A DNA stretch of 64,000 nucleotides from Pseudobdellovibrionaceae bacterium (GTDB taxonomy: Bacteria > Bdellovibrionota > FAC87 > UBA2466 > JACKAF01): positions 92,743 to 156,742 of the forward strand of contig JACKAF010000001.1 in the NCBI GenBank assembly GCA_020635235.1. The letters run 5' to 3'. The position numbers and the translations under genes were made by a program. Positions 30,742 through 40,958 of the stretch are shown here, in pieces (position 1 is the stretch's first letter; every line of letters begins with the position of its first letter). The notes beneath the pieces are model-generated. The model saw only the letters and a program-made list of their open reading frames with translations. It was not told the DNA's origin and made no database searches.

Positions 30742-33141
30742 ATGCAATTTAAGCCTTTCAAAATTGGAAAGTACCTACTCCTGGAGCGCCTCGCGACCGG
30801 CGGTATGGCCGAAGTCTACCGCGCCAAGGCGAGTGGTGCGGGCGGTTTTGAAAAGCAACTCGCCATCAAGCGCATTATTCCGTCTTATGCAGAGAACGAC
30901 GAATTCAGGAGAATGTTTGAGTACGAAGCTCGGTTGAGCAGCCTTCTCAATCACGCCAACATCGTGCACGTCTATGATTTTGTTAAGTCGGGCGACACCT
31001 ATTTGTTGGCTCTTGAGTTTGTAGATGGAAAAAATCTTCGTCAGGTGGTCAACAAGGCGAAGAAAGCAAACTTCGCCCTACCGATTGAATTTGGTGTCTA
31101 TGTCATCAACGAGGTCTGCAAAGGCCTGGATTACGCACATAACTTGAAAGATGGGTACCAAGGGAAACACCTAAACGTTATTCACCGAGATATGTCGCCG
31201 CAGAACATTATGATCAGTTACGACGGCGCGGTGAAAATCGTGGACTTTGGAATCGCCAAGGCCCGCGACCGAGTGGACGAAACTCGATCCGGTGTGATCA
31301 AAGGCAAGTTTGGCTACATGTCGCCTGAGCAGGCCAGCGGCCAGGAAATTGACCACCGGTCAGACATTTTTTCGACAGTTATCATCCTTTACGAACTACT
31401 TGTTAACCGTCGTCTGTTCGCCTCAGAGAACGATATGGCAACCCTGAAAAGAATTCAGGAGTGCATAGTTCAGCGGCCGTCTCTGCTCAATCCAAAAGTA
31501 AATAACATCCTTGAAAAGCTGCTGCTCAAGGGGCTTACCAAGGATCGGTCCCTTCGTTACCAGCAGGCGGGAGAACTTCAGCAGAAGCTGCAAGAGTACT
31601 TAAACAAGTACCATGGCTCCTTTAACCAAAATAGCGTCCAACACATCATGACCAAGTTGTTCCGCGCAGAGATGGAACAAGAAAAACGACGCTTGGAGCA
31701 AGTCTATCAACAATCCATTCCCTATTCACAACAGCAGGTCCGCGACGAAGGTGCGGATATGGCGGGCCTCGACCTGGTCCTTGAGGGAGAGGAAACCAAG
31801 TCAGAACATGAACCCGAGTCGCTCGTTACTAAGGTAAGCGATCCTTCAATCCCGGCGCCTCGTCCAGAAAAGGCCTTTGACGACAACGAACGCTTACCGG
31901 AAATTCTCCCGGAGGACGACGCCCCAGCAACCTTGGCTCGGGACGAACAAAGCCTGCCGGAAGCGCCTGATACTGGGCATTCCCAAAATACGTTTGCAGA
32001 CGGCATCATCGAGGACAACAGCTATACCCCGAGCATTCAAGATATCGAACGAAGCACAGGCGTAAACTCGGCAAGCCAAACTCTCGCCAAAACAAAAGTT
32101 CCGAACATCCCAGAGGATCGAACTCTGGTGGCAAGTAGTGCGGAGTCTGACTCCGACAAGACTGCGGTTTCCGATGCCGCCGATTTGGTACGCGATCCCT
32201 TGGACGAGTCGTTTACCGCTGCACCGGTATCCGACCCCCCGCCCTCAGACGCGGCGGACAACATGTTTACCAATCCTGGTGTTGCGAACGAAAAGATCGA
32301 ATTGAAGCTGGAGAACGAACCGACCGGCAGTACCGCGCCCAGCCCGAAGAAGCCCCGACTGGGAAGCTTCTCTAAGCCCCTACGTGCCGCCAAAGCGGAA
32401 AAGGATCCGTACCTGTCCGAAATTCCGCCAGGTTTCGCAAGCGATCCCGGACCGTCCATCGTATCCAGAATTGCGCGCATGCTTACATCCGCCTTGGTAC
32501 TTTCCGCATTGGCAGGAACACTCTACTACTACTTTTCGATTGAAGATCCCAACCTTGAAACCCCGCGCCCGCAGCAGAGGGATACTTCGGCGGTACCCAA
32601 GCCAACCAAGGACTCAAAAGTTGAAGTGGCACCTCCCCCCTCGACCCAAACTCGGCTCGCCCCAGGTGAAAAACCCTGCATTGCCAAGGTGGAATCGGAT
32701 CCGAGCGGTGCAAATCTTTTCATAAACGGAGAGGCCGCGGGCCGTACTCCCAACAGCATCTATGTCAGCTGCAACAAAAACACCAGTATCCGACTGGAAA
32801 AGTCGGGCTATGAAATCATCGAAGGGAATCTAACTTTACGACGGCCCAAACAAAATTTTTATCGAACCCTGAAGAAGATTCCGCAGGGTTTGCTTGAGAT
32901 TACAGTAACTCAAAACGCTCGTGTATACGTCGACGGCAACCTTCAAGACGTGGAACTAACACCGGGTGTACCGGTGAAGATAAAAGTAACTTCTGGAAAA
33001 AAGCATACCGTGATGCTCGTGAACGAGGCTCTGGGTCTTCGTGTCACCAAAGAGTATACGGTAAAAGAAGATGAAATAGTGCGTGATCGCATTAGGCTAT
33101 TCAATACTCCCAAAAGCAAGCGTGTACCCGCTAAGCGCTAG
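30742..33141 (+). CDS. Hanks-type Ser/Thr protein kinase with TM helix and PEGA domain(s)
   Basis: GGMAEVY, LAIKR, HRDMSPQN, DFGIAK, YMSPEQ; TM; SDPSGA PEGA start; start ATG 30742 or 30697. Confidence 0.9.
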   Translation: MQFKPFKIGKYLLLERLATGGMAEVYRAKASGAGGFEKQLAIKRIIPSYAENDEFRRMFEYEARLSSLLNHANIVHVYDFVKSGDTYLLALEFVDGKNLRQVVNKAKKANFALPIEFGVYVINEVCKGLDYAHNLKDGYQGKHLNVIHRDMSPQNIMISYDGAVKIVDFGIAKARDRVDETRSGVIKGKFGYMSPEQASGQEIDHRSDIFSTVIILYELLVNRRLFASENDMATLKRIQECIVQRPSLLNPKVNNILEKLLLKGLTKDRSLRYQQAGELQQKLQEYLNKYHGSFNQNSVQHIMTKLFRAEMEQEKRRLEQVYQQSIPYSQQQVRDEGADMAGLDLVLEGEETKSEHEPESLVTKVSDPSIPAPRPEKAFDDNERLPEILPEDDAPATLARDEQSLPEAPDTGHSQNTFADGIIEDNSYTPSIQDIERSTGVNSASQTLAKTKVPNIPEDRTLVASSAESDSDKTAVSDAADLVRDPLDESFTAAPVSDPPPSDAADNMFTNPGVANEKIELKLENEPTGSTAPSPKKPRLGSFSKPLRAAKAEKDPYLSEIPPGFASDPGPSIVSRIARMLTSALVLSALAGTLYYYFSIEDPNLETPRPQQRDTSAVPKPTKDSKVEVAPPPSTQTRLAPGEKPCIAKVESDPSGANLFINGEAAGRTPNSIYVSCNKNTSIRLEKSGYEIIEGNLTLRRPKQNFYRTLKKIPQGLLEITVTQNARVYVDGNLQDVELTPGVPVKIKVTSGKKHTVMLVNEALGLRVTKEYTVKEDEIVRDRIRLFNTPKSKRVPAKR

Positions 33142-33688
33142 CGTCTGCCGACCGACCCAGCCAGCTTGAAACCCACTCGAAGAGCTCTTCCAGCGCTGCT
33201 CTCTCGTTGTGCCGATCCAAACGCACATCCTTGCCGGAATCTAGTCTGAGCACCAAGCGCCAATGCCCCTGGAAGTAGTATTGCTGGTCATCATGTATCT
33301 GCGGCGCCATGTTCGGGGTTGGTACGCGGGAGAGAAAAAGCACTTGTTTTACGCGATCTCGCGACAATGTTTTTTTGAAAAGAGTCCACCCACCTAGACG
33401 GTATCCCCACTGTATAGTCTTATCACCGAGCGCAATGAACTTTCGGACCCAAAGCAGCCGCACGCCCAACAAGAGAAAGAGGGGCAAAGTTGAAAGAAAC
33501 ATATAATAGAGGGCGACATCCAAAGCATCGCCCTTCGCGGCCATCCCGCGCAGAATCGTGAAAGCCGCCCCGCTCATACAGGCCAAGGCAAACCCGAGAA
33601 TGGCGTATAGGGTCCAAAATACTGGAGGGGCGGAGGCCTCCTTAAACTCGCGATCTCCGGCCGGTTGCATTTCAAAGTAAAATCCCAC
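33131..33688 (-). CDS. Hypothetical membrane protein (2 TM helices)
   Basis: Two hydrophobic segments plus soluble C-terminus. Confidence 0.6.
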   Translation of the reverse strand: MGFYFEMQPAGDREFKEASAPPVFWTLYAILGFALACMSGAAFTILRGMAAKGDALDVALYYMFLSTLPLFLLLGVRLLWVRKFIALGDKTIQWGYRLGGWTLFKKTLSRDRVKQVLFLSRVPTPNMAPQIHDDQQYYFQGHWRLVLRLDSGKDVRLDRHNERAALEELFEWVSSWLGRSADASA

Positions 33689-33782
33689 GGCCGCAACCTA
33701 ACCCGAGATCGCCTTTTAATCTACGAAATATCCAGATAGCGACCGACTGGCCGCCTCATCAAAAATGGAGTAGGCTCGTGCC

Positions 33783-34982
33783 ATGAACACCACTCGTGAA
33801 CTCATTGACATCGCAGACAAATATGGCGCTAAGAATTACCTTCCCCTCCCCGTGGTTTTAAACTGGGGACGGGGATCCAGAGTCAGAGACGTAGACGGTC
33901 GCGAGTACCTGGACTTCCTCTCTTGCTACTCAGCGTTAAATTTCGGACATCAACACCCCTCACTGGTGGGTGCCCTTACGCAGCAAGCGACGCAACTGGC
34001 AGTATGCTCTCGCGCTTTTATGAGCGAACAGCTCTGCCTATTTGAAAGGGAGCTGGCGCAGTTTTGCGAAATGGATTGTGTCCTACCGATGAACTCAGGG
34101 ACCGAGGCGGTCGAAACAGCGCTAAAAATCGCGAGGAAATGGGGGCAACAGAAGAAAGGTGTTCCCCCAGAGAAAAACAAGATCATCGCGATGAGAAATA
34201 ACTTTCACGGCCGCACGATCACAGTAGTTTCTTTTTCGACCGAAGACCTGTACCGCAATGGCTACGGACCGTTCACTCCCGGCTTTTCTATCGTGGATTT
34301 TGGAGATGCAGAAGCCCTTGAGAAATGTATCGATGAAAATACCATTGCCGTACTGATGGAACCCATCCAAGCAGAAGCGGGAATACTTATTCCCCAGGCG
34401 GGTTATCTCTCCAAGGTACGCGAGCTCTGCACTGCCAATAATGTGCTTCTCATGTTTGATGAGATTCAAACTGGGCTTGGCCGTACTGGGAGAGACTTCT
34501 GCTTTCAGCACGAAGCTGCCAGACCGGATCTGTTGATCCTCGGAAAGTCTCTCGGTGGCGGGCTGCTACCACTTTCGGCGGTGCTCGCTCCAAAGTCCGT
34601 GATGGATGTCATCCGTCCCGGGGAACACGGCTCCACTTTCGGTGGTAACCCACTGGCGTGCGCCGTCGGAAGAGAGGCCGTGCGCATACTACGTGAAGAA
34701 AAGCTAAGTGCTCGCTCCGAAGAACTTGGGAAAAAGGCGATGGCCCGGCTCCGTGAGCTAAGCTTCCCACAGGTAAAGGAAATCCGTGGCAAAGGTCTAT
34801 TGATTGGAATCGAACTCAAAGGAAGCGCTCGACCTTACTGTGAAAAGCTTGCCGAGAGAGGGGTACTTTGCAAAGAGACCCACGATACCGTGATTCGGAT
34901 CGCGCCGCCGCTCACGATCAGCGAAAAGGACCTGATGGACGGCGTAGAAAAGGTCACCAAGGTACTCGCCGATCCATCTTAA
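33783..34982 (+). CDS. rocD: Ornithine--oxo-acid aminotransferase
   Basis: NYLPLPVV, YLDFLSCYSALNFGH, EPIQAEAG, DEIQTGLGRTG, LGKSLGGG, HGSTFGGNPLA. Confidence 0.92.
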   Translation: MNTTRELIDIADKYGAKNYLPLPVVLNWGRGSRVRDVDGREYLDFLSCYSALNFGHQHPSLVGALTQQATQLAVCSRAFMSEQLCLFERELAQFCEMDCVLPMNSGTEAVETALKIARKWGQQKKGVPPEKNKIIAMRNNFHGRTITVVSFSTEDLYRNGYGPFTPGFSIVDFGDAEALEKCIDENTIAVLMEPIQAEAGILIPQAGYLSKVRELCTANNVLLMFDEIQTGLGRTGRDFCFQHEAARPDLLILGKSLGGGLLPLSAVLAPKSVMDVIRPGEHGSTFGGNPLACAVGREAVRILREEKLSARSEELGKKAMARLRELSFPQVKEIRGKGLLIGIELKGSARPYCEKLAERGVLCKETHDTVIRIAPPLTISEKDLMDGVEKVTKVLADPS

Positions 34983-35048
34983 GTATCTAATATTCAATAA
35001 TAAAATACCTACCTAGACCTGTTGCAGGCAGTGTGCTACTTTCGGGCC

Positions 35049-35216
35049 GTGAGACGCCCTCGGTATCTTTTTGTTTTGATTTCAGTCGCTTATTTCTGCA
35101 CCAGCTGCGGCGTCAAGACGCCACCGCGCCCCTACATCGACGTCAAGCGAGAGGCCGAGGCCAAAGCACAAAAACGCACCCCCGACTCAGCTGGGGTGGA
35201 AAAGGAATCGCCGTGA
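35049..35216 (+). CDS. Small lipoprotein, LptM/YifL/LppL-like
   Basis: Lipobox-like CTSC then GVKTPPRP; GTGA overlap with dapF; GTG start. Confidence 0.6.
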   Translation: MRRPRYLFVLISVAYFCTSCGVKTPPRPYIDVKREAEAKAQKRTPDSAGVEKESP

Positions 35217-36070
35217 ATTCTACCTTTCTAAAAATGCATGGCTGTGGGAATGACTTCTTGTTCATCGATGCGATGGACCGTTCGGTCCCGGCCTTTGACA
35301 GAAAAGCTATCCCTGCCATATGCGATCGCCACTTCGGAATCGGAGCGGACGGACTCGCAATTATCGAACGCGGGAAAAACAGCGATGCCAAATGGACGTT
35401 TTACAACTGCGACGGCTCCATCGCGGAAATGTGCGGTAATGCGGCTCGCTGCGCTGTTCTCTTCCTCTCCAAGCGTTATTTTCCTCAGAAGGAATGGGTA
35501 ACACTCGAAACAGCAGTCGGCATTTTGCGCGGTCGCGCCCTTGGGAACGGACAGGTAGAAGTAAGTCTTAAGGTCCAAGGTGGGACTGCTATCGAATACG
35601 ATGAAAAAGTTTTGAAGGTCGATGACATGCCGTTACGCGTTTACTCGGTTAACACAGGAGTCCCGCACGCAGTTATTGAAGTCGATGACATTACGAAGTT
35701 CCCGATCCAGAAAGTCGGCAACGCACTCGTCCACCACGCCGCTTTTGGCCCGGCCGGTTCAAACATTACGTTTTTTCAGCGAAAAGAAGACGGCTCGATT
35801 CTTTGCACCTCTTTCGAACGTGGAGTAGAGACCGAAACCTATGCCTGCGGAACCGGAGTGGCCGCGGGGAGTATTGTTTACGCTCAGCTCTATAACCAAC
35901 GTTTTCCGGTAAAAGTAGAAGTACCGGGTGGGCGTTTGGAAGTAGATACCAGCGACGATGCCAACGCTGTTGTCCTCCGCGGGCCCGCGGCCTTTGTAAT
36001 GGAGTCCAATTGGATCGGCGAAGATATCAACTCTTTCGAGATGCGCACACTTTTTGGAAGGGAGAACTGA
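35213..36070 (+). CDS. dapF: Diaminopimelate epimerase
   Basis: HGCGNDF, GIGADG, MCGNAARC, NTGVPHAV, ERGVETETYACGTG; GTG 35213 with AAGGA RBS. Confidence 0.93.
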   Translation: MNSTFLKMHGCGNDFLFIDAMDRSVPAFDRKAIPAICDRHFGIGADGLAIIERGKNSDAKWTFYNCDGSIAEMCGNAARCAVLFLSKRYFPQKEWVTLETAVGILRGRALGNGQVEVSLKVQGGTAIEYDEKVLKVDDMPLRVYSVNTGVPHAVIEVDDITKFPIQKVGNALVHHAAFGPAGSNITFFQRKEDGSILCTSFERGVETETYACGTGVAAGSIVYAQLYNQRFPVKVEVPGGRLEVDTSDDANAVVLRGPAAFVMESNWIGEDINSFEMRTLFGREN

Positions 36071-36071
36071 A

Positions 36072-36959
36072 ATGAAGTTTAACGGCGTATATGTGGCGAC
36101 AGTTTCCCCGTTCTCGGGCGAAGGGCATCTCGACTACGAAGCCATGGAATCCCATCTTGAGTTTCTTGTAGAGCGGGGCATTCATGGACTAGTCCCCTGC
36201 GGAACCACGGGGGAAAGCCCCACGCTCAGCCGCGAAGAACGCCAAAAGACGATAAGCCTGCACAAGAAGATCGCGGACAAGAAAGGGCTGAAGGTAATCG
36301 CTGGCTGTGGCGGAAACAACACGAGCACCGTCGTGCAGCTGGTGGAAGAAGCCAAGGACCTCGGTTGCGATGCGGCGTTAGTCGTTAGTCCTTATTACAA
36401 CAAACCGACGGTTGAAGGTTTACGCGCCCACTTTCTCGAAATTGCAAACAAGACCCATTTCCCGATGGTGTTATACAATATCCCTGGGCGCACGGGGGTG
36501 AACATCCCCCCGGCACTTGTCGCTGAACTTTTTAAGCACCCTCACATTGTGGGAGTTAAAGAATCGACTGGGAATCTCGATCAGTGGCTCTCGTTAGCTG
36601 AGAAGACCAACCTAAGCGAGCGTTCCCTTCTCGCCGGAGACGATCACGCGCTGAGCACCATCATGGCCCTTGGAGGATCGGGAATAATTTCCGCCTCCGC
36701 GAATCTGCTACCGGAGCATTTTGTTTCGATTTATGAACGCGCCAGTGAAGGAAACCTGGAGGAGGCTTTCCGCCAGCAGATTAAGATTCACTCCATGGTC
36801 GAAACGCTCTTTCGCGAAACAAATCCGGGCCCAATTAAATTTGGACTGCAGCTCCGTCGAGGGATGCCGGCTAACCTTCGTCTGCCTTTGGTTGGCGTAC
36901 GCCCCGAAACTCAGCGCGAAATTGAAAGCAACCTCCGGAGCCTGGAACTTCTCTCATGA
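36072..36959 (+). CDS. dapA: 4-hydroxy-tetrahydrodipicolinate synthase
   Basis: GTTGESPTL, PYYNKP, LYNIPGRTG, GVKES, NPGPIK. Confidence 0.95.
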   Translation: MKFNGVYVATVSPFSGEGHLDYEAMESHLEFLVERGIHGLVPCGTTGESPTLSREERQKTISLHKKIADKKGLKVIAGCGGNNTSTVVQLVEEAKDLGCDAALVVSPYYNKPTVEGLRAHFLEIANKTHFPMVLYNIPGRTGVNIPPALVAELFKHPHIVGVKESTGNLDQWLSLAEKTNLSERSLLAGDDHALSTIMALGGSGIISASANLLPEHFVSIYERASEGNLEEAFRQQIKIHSMVETLFRETNPGPIKFGLQLRRGMPANLRLPLVGVRPETQREIESNLRSLELLS

Positions 36960-37675
36960 TTTATAAAGTTGGCTTATTGGGCGCCTCAGGACGAATGGGG
37001 CTCCAGATCGCAGGTCTTTTGCAGGACGGCTTTAGCCACGACGGCGACAGTTTCGAGCTTGCCGACGCGGTCTCCGGATCGGGAAAATTGAGGTCGATAG
37101 AGGGGATTCCGGTCCGAAAAATGGAGGAACCGCCGCGCGAACCTGTTCATGTTTGGATTGATTTCAGTACCCCCGATGCGAGCATGGCCTTCCTTGACGC
37201 GATAGAAACTCCCATCGTAATCGCCACCACCGGATTCTCAGACTCTCAGCTGAGCAAGATAAAAAAGTACGCGGATCGCTTTCCGGTACTGCTTGCCCCA
37301 AACACTAGTCCTGGCATGAATTTGTTTCTCCAGTGGCTGGAGCAACTCCCTGAAGGGCTGAAATTCGACTTGAACTTGAGCGAAGAGCACCACGTACACA
37401 AAAAAGACGCCCCCAGCGGAACCGCGAAAAGCCTACTTGAGGTTCTAGAACGCAGGGGTTATGGAGAGGTTCCGGTCCAATCGGTACGTGCTGGCGGCAT
37501 CAGAGGTGTCCACACACTGAAGTTTGCGGCGGCAGACGAAACCATAGAAATCCGGCACGAAGCGCTGGACCGAAAAGTTTTTGCGGAAGGCGCCCTGATC
37601 GCCGCCGCGTTTTTGGTGAAACAAAAGAAAGCCGGCCTTTACAAGATGGCCGACGCTCTAGGGACGAGGAATTAG
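36956..37675 (+). CDS. dapB: 4-hydroxy-tetrahydrodipicolinate reductase
   Basis: GASGRMG, IDFS, ATTG, EEHHVHKKDAPSGTA, R..FAEGA. Confidence 0.93.
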   Translation: MIYKVGLLGASGRMGLQIAGLLQDGFSHDGDSFELADAVSGSGKLRSIEGIPVRKMEEPPREPVHVWIDFSTPDASMAFLDAIETPIVIATTGFSDSQLSKIKKYADRFPVLLAPNTSPGMNLFLQWLEQLPEGLKFDLNLSEEHHVHKKDAPSGTAKSLLEVLERRGYGEVPVQSVRAGGIRGVHTLKFAAADETIEIRHEALDRKVFAEGALIAAAFLVKQKKAGLYKMADALGTRN

Positions 37676-37679
37676 GACA

Positions 37680-38861
37680 ATGAGTGACTTCATCAAGGTA
37701 GCTAAGCGCATCGACGAAATGCCCGCCTACATTTTTAGTGAGATAAATAAGATCAAGGAACAAGCCCGCGCAAAAGGCATGGACCTCATCAGCCTCGCAA
37801 TTGGCGATCCGGACAAAGCCACCCCGCCTGCCGTAGTGGAAAAAATGCGGGCCGCTATCGAGAAGCAGCCCAATCATCAGTATTCGCCTTACGACGGTAC
37901 AAAGGCCTTCCGCGAAGCGGCGGCCAGGTTCATGCAGAGGCGCTTTGGCGTTAGCGTGGATCCTGCTTCCGAAGTGGTGGCTCTTGTAGGCTCAAAGGAA
38001 GGCATCGCCCATTTGCCATTGGCGTTTTGTGATCCTGGCGACAACATCCTGTACCCAACTCCCGGATTCCCCATGTATGCGACGACAATCAGCATGGCCG
38101 GTGGAAACCCGATTGCAATTCCACTTACTTTTGACAAGCAGTTTGTGCCAGATCTGGCGCATCTCAAAGTGCAACTTGAGCGCCACAAACCCAAGTACTT
38201 GATCCTAAACTACCCGCACAATCCTACGTCTGCGGTAATTTCAAGAGATGCATTGAAACAGATCATTGATATGGCCAGAGAACACCGCTGCTTTGTGGCC
38301 TTTGACAACGCTTATAGCGAGATCTACTTCGACGACAATAATAAGCCCATCAGCGCACTTGAAATTCCTGGAGCAAAAGACCTGTGCATTGAGTTCCACA
38401 CGCTTTCCAAGACATTCAATATGACCGGCTGGCGCATCGCCTTTGCGGTGGGCAATCAGACATTGGTTCAAGGCCTACTGAAAGTAAAAACGAACATCGA
38501 TTCCGGCCCTTTCCCGGCAACCCAGGAAGCGGCCGTCTACGCGCTAGACAACGAGGACGCGATCGCTTCTGAGGGACGCCAGATGTACGCCGCGCGACGG
38601 AAAGTCGCTTTGGCAGCACTCGACAAACTCGGTATCGAGTATCTCCCTAACCACGCTACATTCTATGTCTGGGCAAGCGTTCCAAACGGTCAGTCTTCAA
38701 TGGACTTCTGCAAGAAGCTAATCGAAGAACAGGGCGTAGTATGCACTCCTGGAGTTGGTTTCGGCGCTGAGGGAGAAGGTTTTTTCCGACTAGCTCTCAC
38801 CGTCGACGTACCTCGAATTGAAGAGGCCATGAAACGCCTGGCAAAGTTTCTGGGACGCTAG
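37680..38861 (+). CDS. dapL: LL-diaminopimelate aminotransferase (class I PLP)
   Basis: GSKEGI, NYPHNPT, DNAYSE, SKTFNMTGWRI; identity inferred from dap operon context. Confidence 0.75.
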   Translation: MSDFIKVAKRIDEMPAYIFSEINKIKEQARAKGMDLISLAIGDPDKATPPAVVEKMRAAIEKQPNHQYSPYDGTKAFREAAARFMQRRFGVSVDPASEVVALVGSKEGIAHLPLAFCDPGDNILYPTPGFPMYATTISMAGGNPIAIPLTFDKQFVPDLAHLKVQLERHKPKYLILNYPHNPTSAVISRDALKQIIDMAREHRCFVAFDNAYSEIYFDDNNKPISALEIPGAKDLCIEFHTLSKTFNMTGWRIAFAVGNQTLVQGLLKVKTNIDSGPFPATQEAAVYALDNEDAIASEGRQMYAARRKVALAALDKLGIEYLPNHATFYVWASVPNGQSSMDFCKKLIEEQGVVCTPGVGFGAEGEGFFRLALTVDVPRIEEAMKRLAKFLGR

Positions 38862-38867
38862 AGCCGC

Positions 38868-39863
38868 TTAGGAGTTAAGGCGCATCCACTTCAGCCGACG
38901 CGCAAGTCGCGAAGCCTTGTGAGGCCACTTGGCGAGCCCTGCCGGGGCTGGCGGATTCGGCGGGTTGTAACTCTTAAGATAATTTTCAAAAAATTGCAGA
39001 TAGGCCTCGTCCCTGAAAAAAACGAAATTCTGGCCTCCCTTACCTTTCTGCATGCGCCTTTCCACGGTGGAGAAATCAGCGATCTCGTGCTGGTTGATGC
39101 GGACCTGATCCTTGGAGAATTTCCAGCCTAGTTCAAGCATTTTTGGGACAATCGCCCGACTCTCCGGAATGGCGTTGTCGATCTCAAAGAGTACTGTCCT
39201 GAGTTTGTCCGATTTCAAGGTCTCTTGCATGCCCTTGAACACTTTATGCTCAATCCCATCAACATCGACCTTGATGTGTTGGGGCTGCGGGATCCCCCCC
39301 AAGCGAATAAGACTATCGAGGGTAAAGGAAACCGATCCCTGCTTCAAACGCTCCGATTTCGAGTATGTATCTTCCCCGAGTTGCCGATCGCCTTTCCAAG
39401 TATTTTCTTTGAAGTCGTGGTGCGCGTAAGCGGTCGCAAAAGTGCTTAGGTTTAGAAAGTTAACCTCGTCTGAGTCGCTGACTGCCACGCAAAATGCGGA
39501 AACTTTGTCGTGGGCGTCGTTCACGAAAATGTTTTTATTCAACTCGGCATAGTTTTGGGATTCAGGCTCGAAACTATACACCCGGGCACCGCTTACCACA
39601 GCGGCGTACAGACTATACATGCCAACATTGGCACCGATATCCACAAAAACCTCACCCGGAGCGAAACTCTCTAGCCAAGCCACGGTGGTCGGTTCTTTTT
39701 CCAGCAGCGTCAAAACTCGAGAGCGGCTAATGACATTGCCACCATCCACGTAGCGGAGTCGTTTACCTTGCACCCGCACTTCAAAGTACGGAATTTTCAT
39801 CAAGCGACTCTTGTACGTATTCTTTGAAATCCAACCTAATTGTTTTTGTGTGACTTCTATCAT
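38868..39863 (-). CDS. FkbM-family SAM-dependent methyltransferase
   Basis: VDIGANVGMYS, FEPESQN, IKVDVDGIE. Confidence 0.85.
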   Translation of the reverse strand: MIEVTQKQLGWISKNTYKSRLMKIPYFEVRVQGKRLRYVDGGNVISRSRVLTLLEKEPTTVAWLESFAPGEVFVDIGANVGMYSLYAAVVSGARVYSFEPESQNYAELNKNIFVNDAHDKVSAFCVAVSDSDEVNFLNLSTFATAYAHHDFKENTWKGDRQLGEDTYSKSERLKQGSVSFTLDSLIRLGGIPQPQHIKVDVDGIEHKVFKGMQETLKSDKLRTVLFEIDNAIPESRAIVPKMLELGWKFSKDQVRINQHEIADFSTVERRMQKGKGGQNFVFFRDEAYLQFFENYLKSYNPPNPPAPAGLAKWPHKASRLARRLKWMRLNS

Positions 39864-40792
39864 TGGTATTTTGAATGTATCCGCTGAATTCGATTTTTGA
39901 AACTTAGCTCAGGCGCTCCCATCGACGCCGGGTCGACTTCGAAATCTATGGAAATCATCCGACGTCCAAAGAATATCTGGTGAGGGATGAGACGGGTTTT
40001 GGCTAACCAAAGACTTCCAGGCCCAAAGTGGCAGATGTGGCGCGGGAAACCATCTTTACCCGAATTGGGAACCCCACCGAACAACTTGTTACTAAAATGT
40101 CGGTTAAATTCGTCCGGAGGCAGATGACTCAATTTTTGCATCTCGAGTTTTCGGTAGTACTTGTCTGCCAAAGTATCGAGTGAGTGTGATGTGCACCAAA
40201 CACGTGGCACATGATCCGCGTTTATCAGCGCGCGCAACGTCCAGTTGTCATCTTTGCGCTTATAGGCGTCCAAATGCAAATCCTGTACGCGAGTCTCCGA
40301 GAATCGCCAACTGATCTGAGGACCCGTAAGCGTCTTGTAGCGCGGAAACATCTCGCGCATGAAAGTTTCCAATGCTTCATTTGTCTGACGGATCATGTCC
40401 TGATAGCGGCGCGCTTTTTTCATGTCGCCACCAAACACCTGGTGAAGCGGGTGACGGGCTGGAAGATCTTCCCTTCCGGCGAAACGCTCCCGAAAGTGAC
40501 GGGCCAATCTTACGGCTCTTTCCTTGGGACTTAAGTGCAACGGTGCCAACAAATCGGGTTGGGCCATCTTGGAAAAGAAACGAGTCTGCGGGTACTGCAC
40601 CGACCACAAAAATTCTCGGTCCCAGGGCAGCACAACTTCAGGCACCACGATCACTTTGCCGCTCTCGTACCATTCTGAAAGCTGCTCGCCGTATTGCTCA
40701 TAGTACTGCTTCCCGGACGAAGCTTGTCCTAGAAAGACGAAGTAGTCTTCAATCTCGGGACTCTTCAGAATTTGTGTGCTCGACTCCATCAA
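39860..40792 (-). CDS. Kdo hydroxylase (KdoO)-like Fe(II)/2OG dioxygenase
   Basis: SWRF...LHLDAY...LRALIN....PRVW...FGPGSLW......PHQ..FGR pattern. Confidence 0.6.
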   Translation of the reverse strand: MMESSTQILKSPEIEDYFVFLGQASSGKQYYEQYGEQLSEWYESGKVIVVPEVVLPWDREFLWSVQYPQTRFFSKMAQPDLLAPLHLSPKERAVRLARHFRERFAGREDLPARHPLHQVFGGDMKKARRYQDMIRQTNEALETFMREMFPRYKTLTGPQISWRFSETRVQDLHLDAYKRKDDNWTLRALINADHVPRVWCTSHSLDTLADKYYRKLEMQKLSHLPPDEFNRHFSNKLFGGVPNSGKDGFPRHICHFGPGSLWLAKTRLIPHQIFFGRRMISIDFEVDPASMGAPELSFKNRIQRIHSKYQ

Positions 40793-40915
40793 ACGCTACC
40801 TAAGTACCCCTCCGGCTTGGCGCCCGTCAACGCGCCCCTGCCCATGCTCTAGGCAAACGATCTCCGATTTTGGGCGCTTTGGGACGGAATTCCAAGCCCC
40901 CAAGCCTGACCCGAG

Positions 40916-40930
40916 CGGCACGCACCTTGC
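40916..40930 (+). promoter_or_regulatory. sigma54 promoter CGGCACGCACCTTGC
   Basis: Near-perfect GGCACG-N4-TTGC; RBS GAGG and ATG 40959 downstream. Confidence 0.7.
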
Positions 40931-40958
40931 GATAACAGTCCCCGATTGAGGTTTTGTT

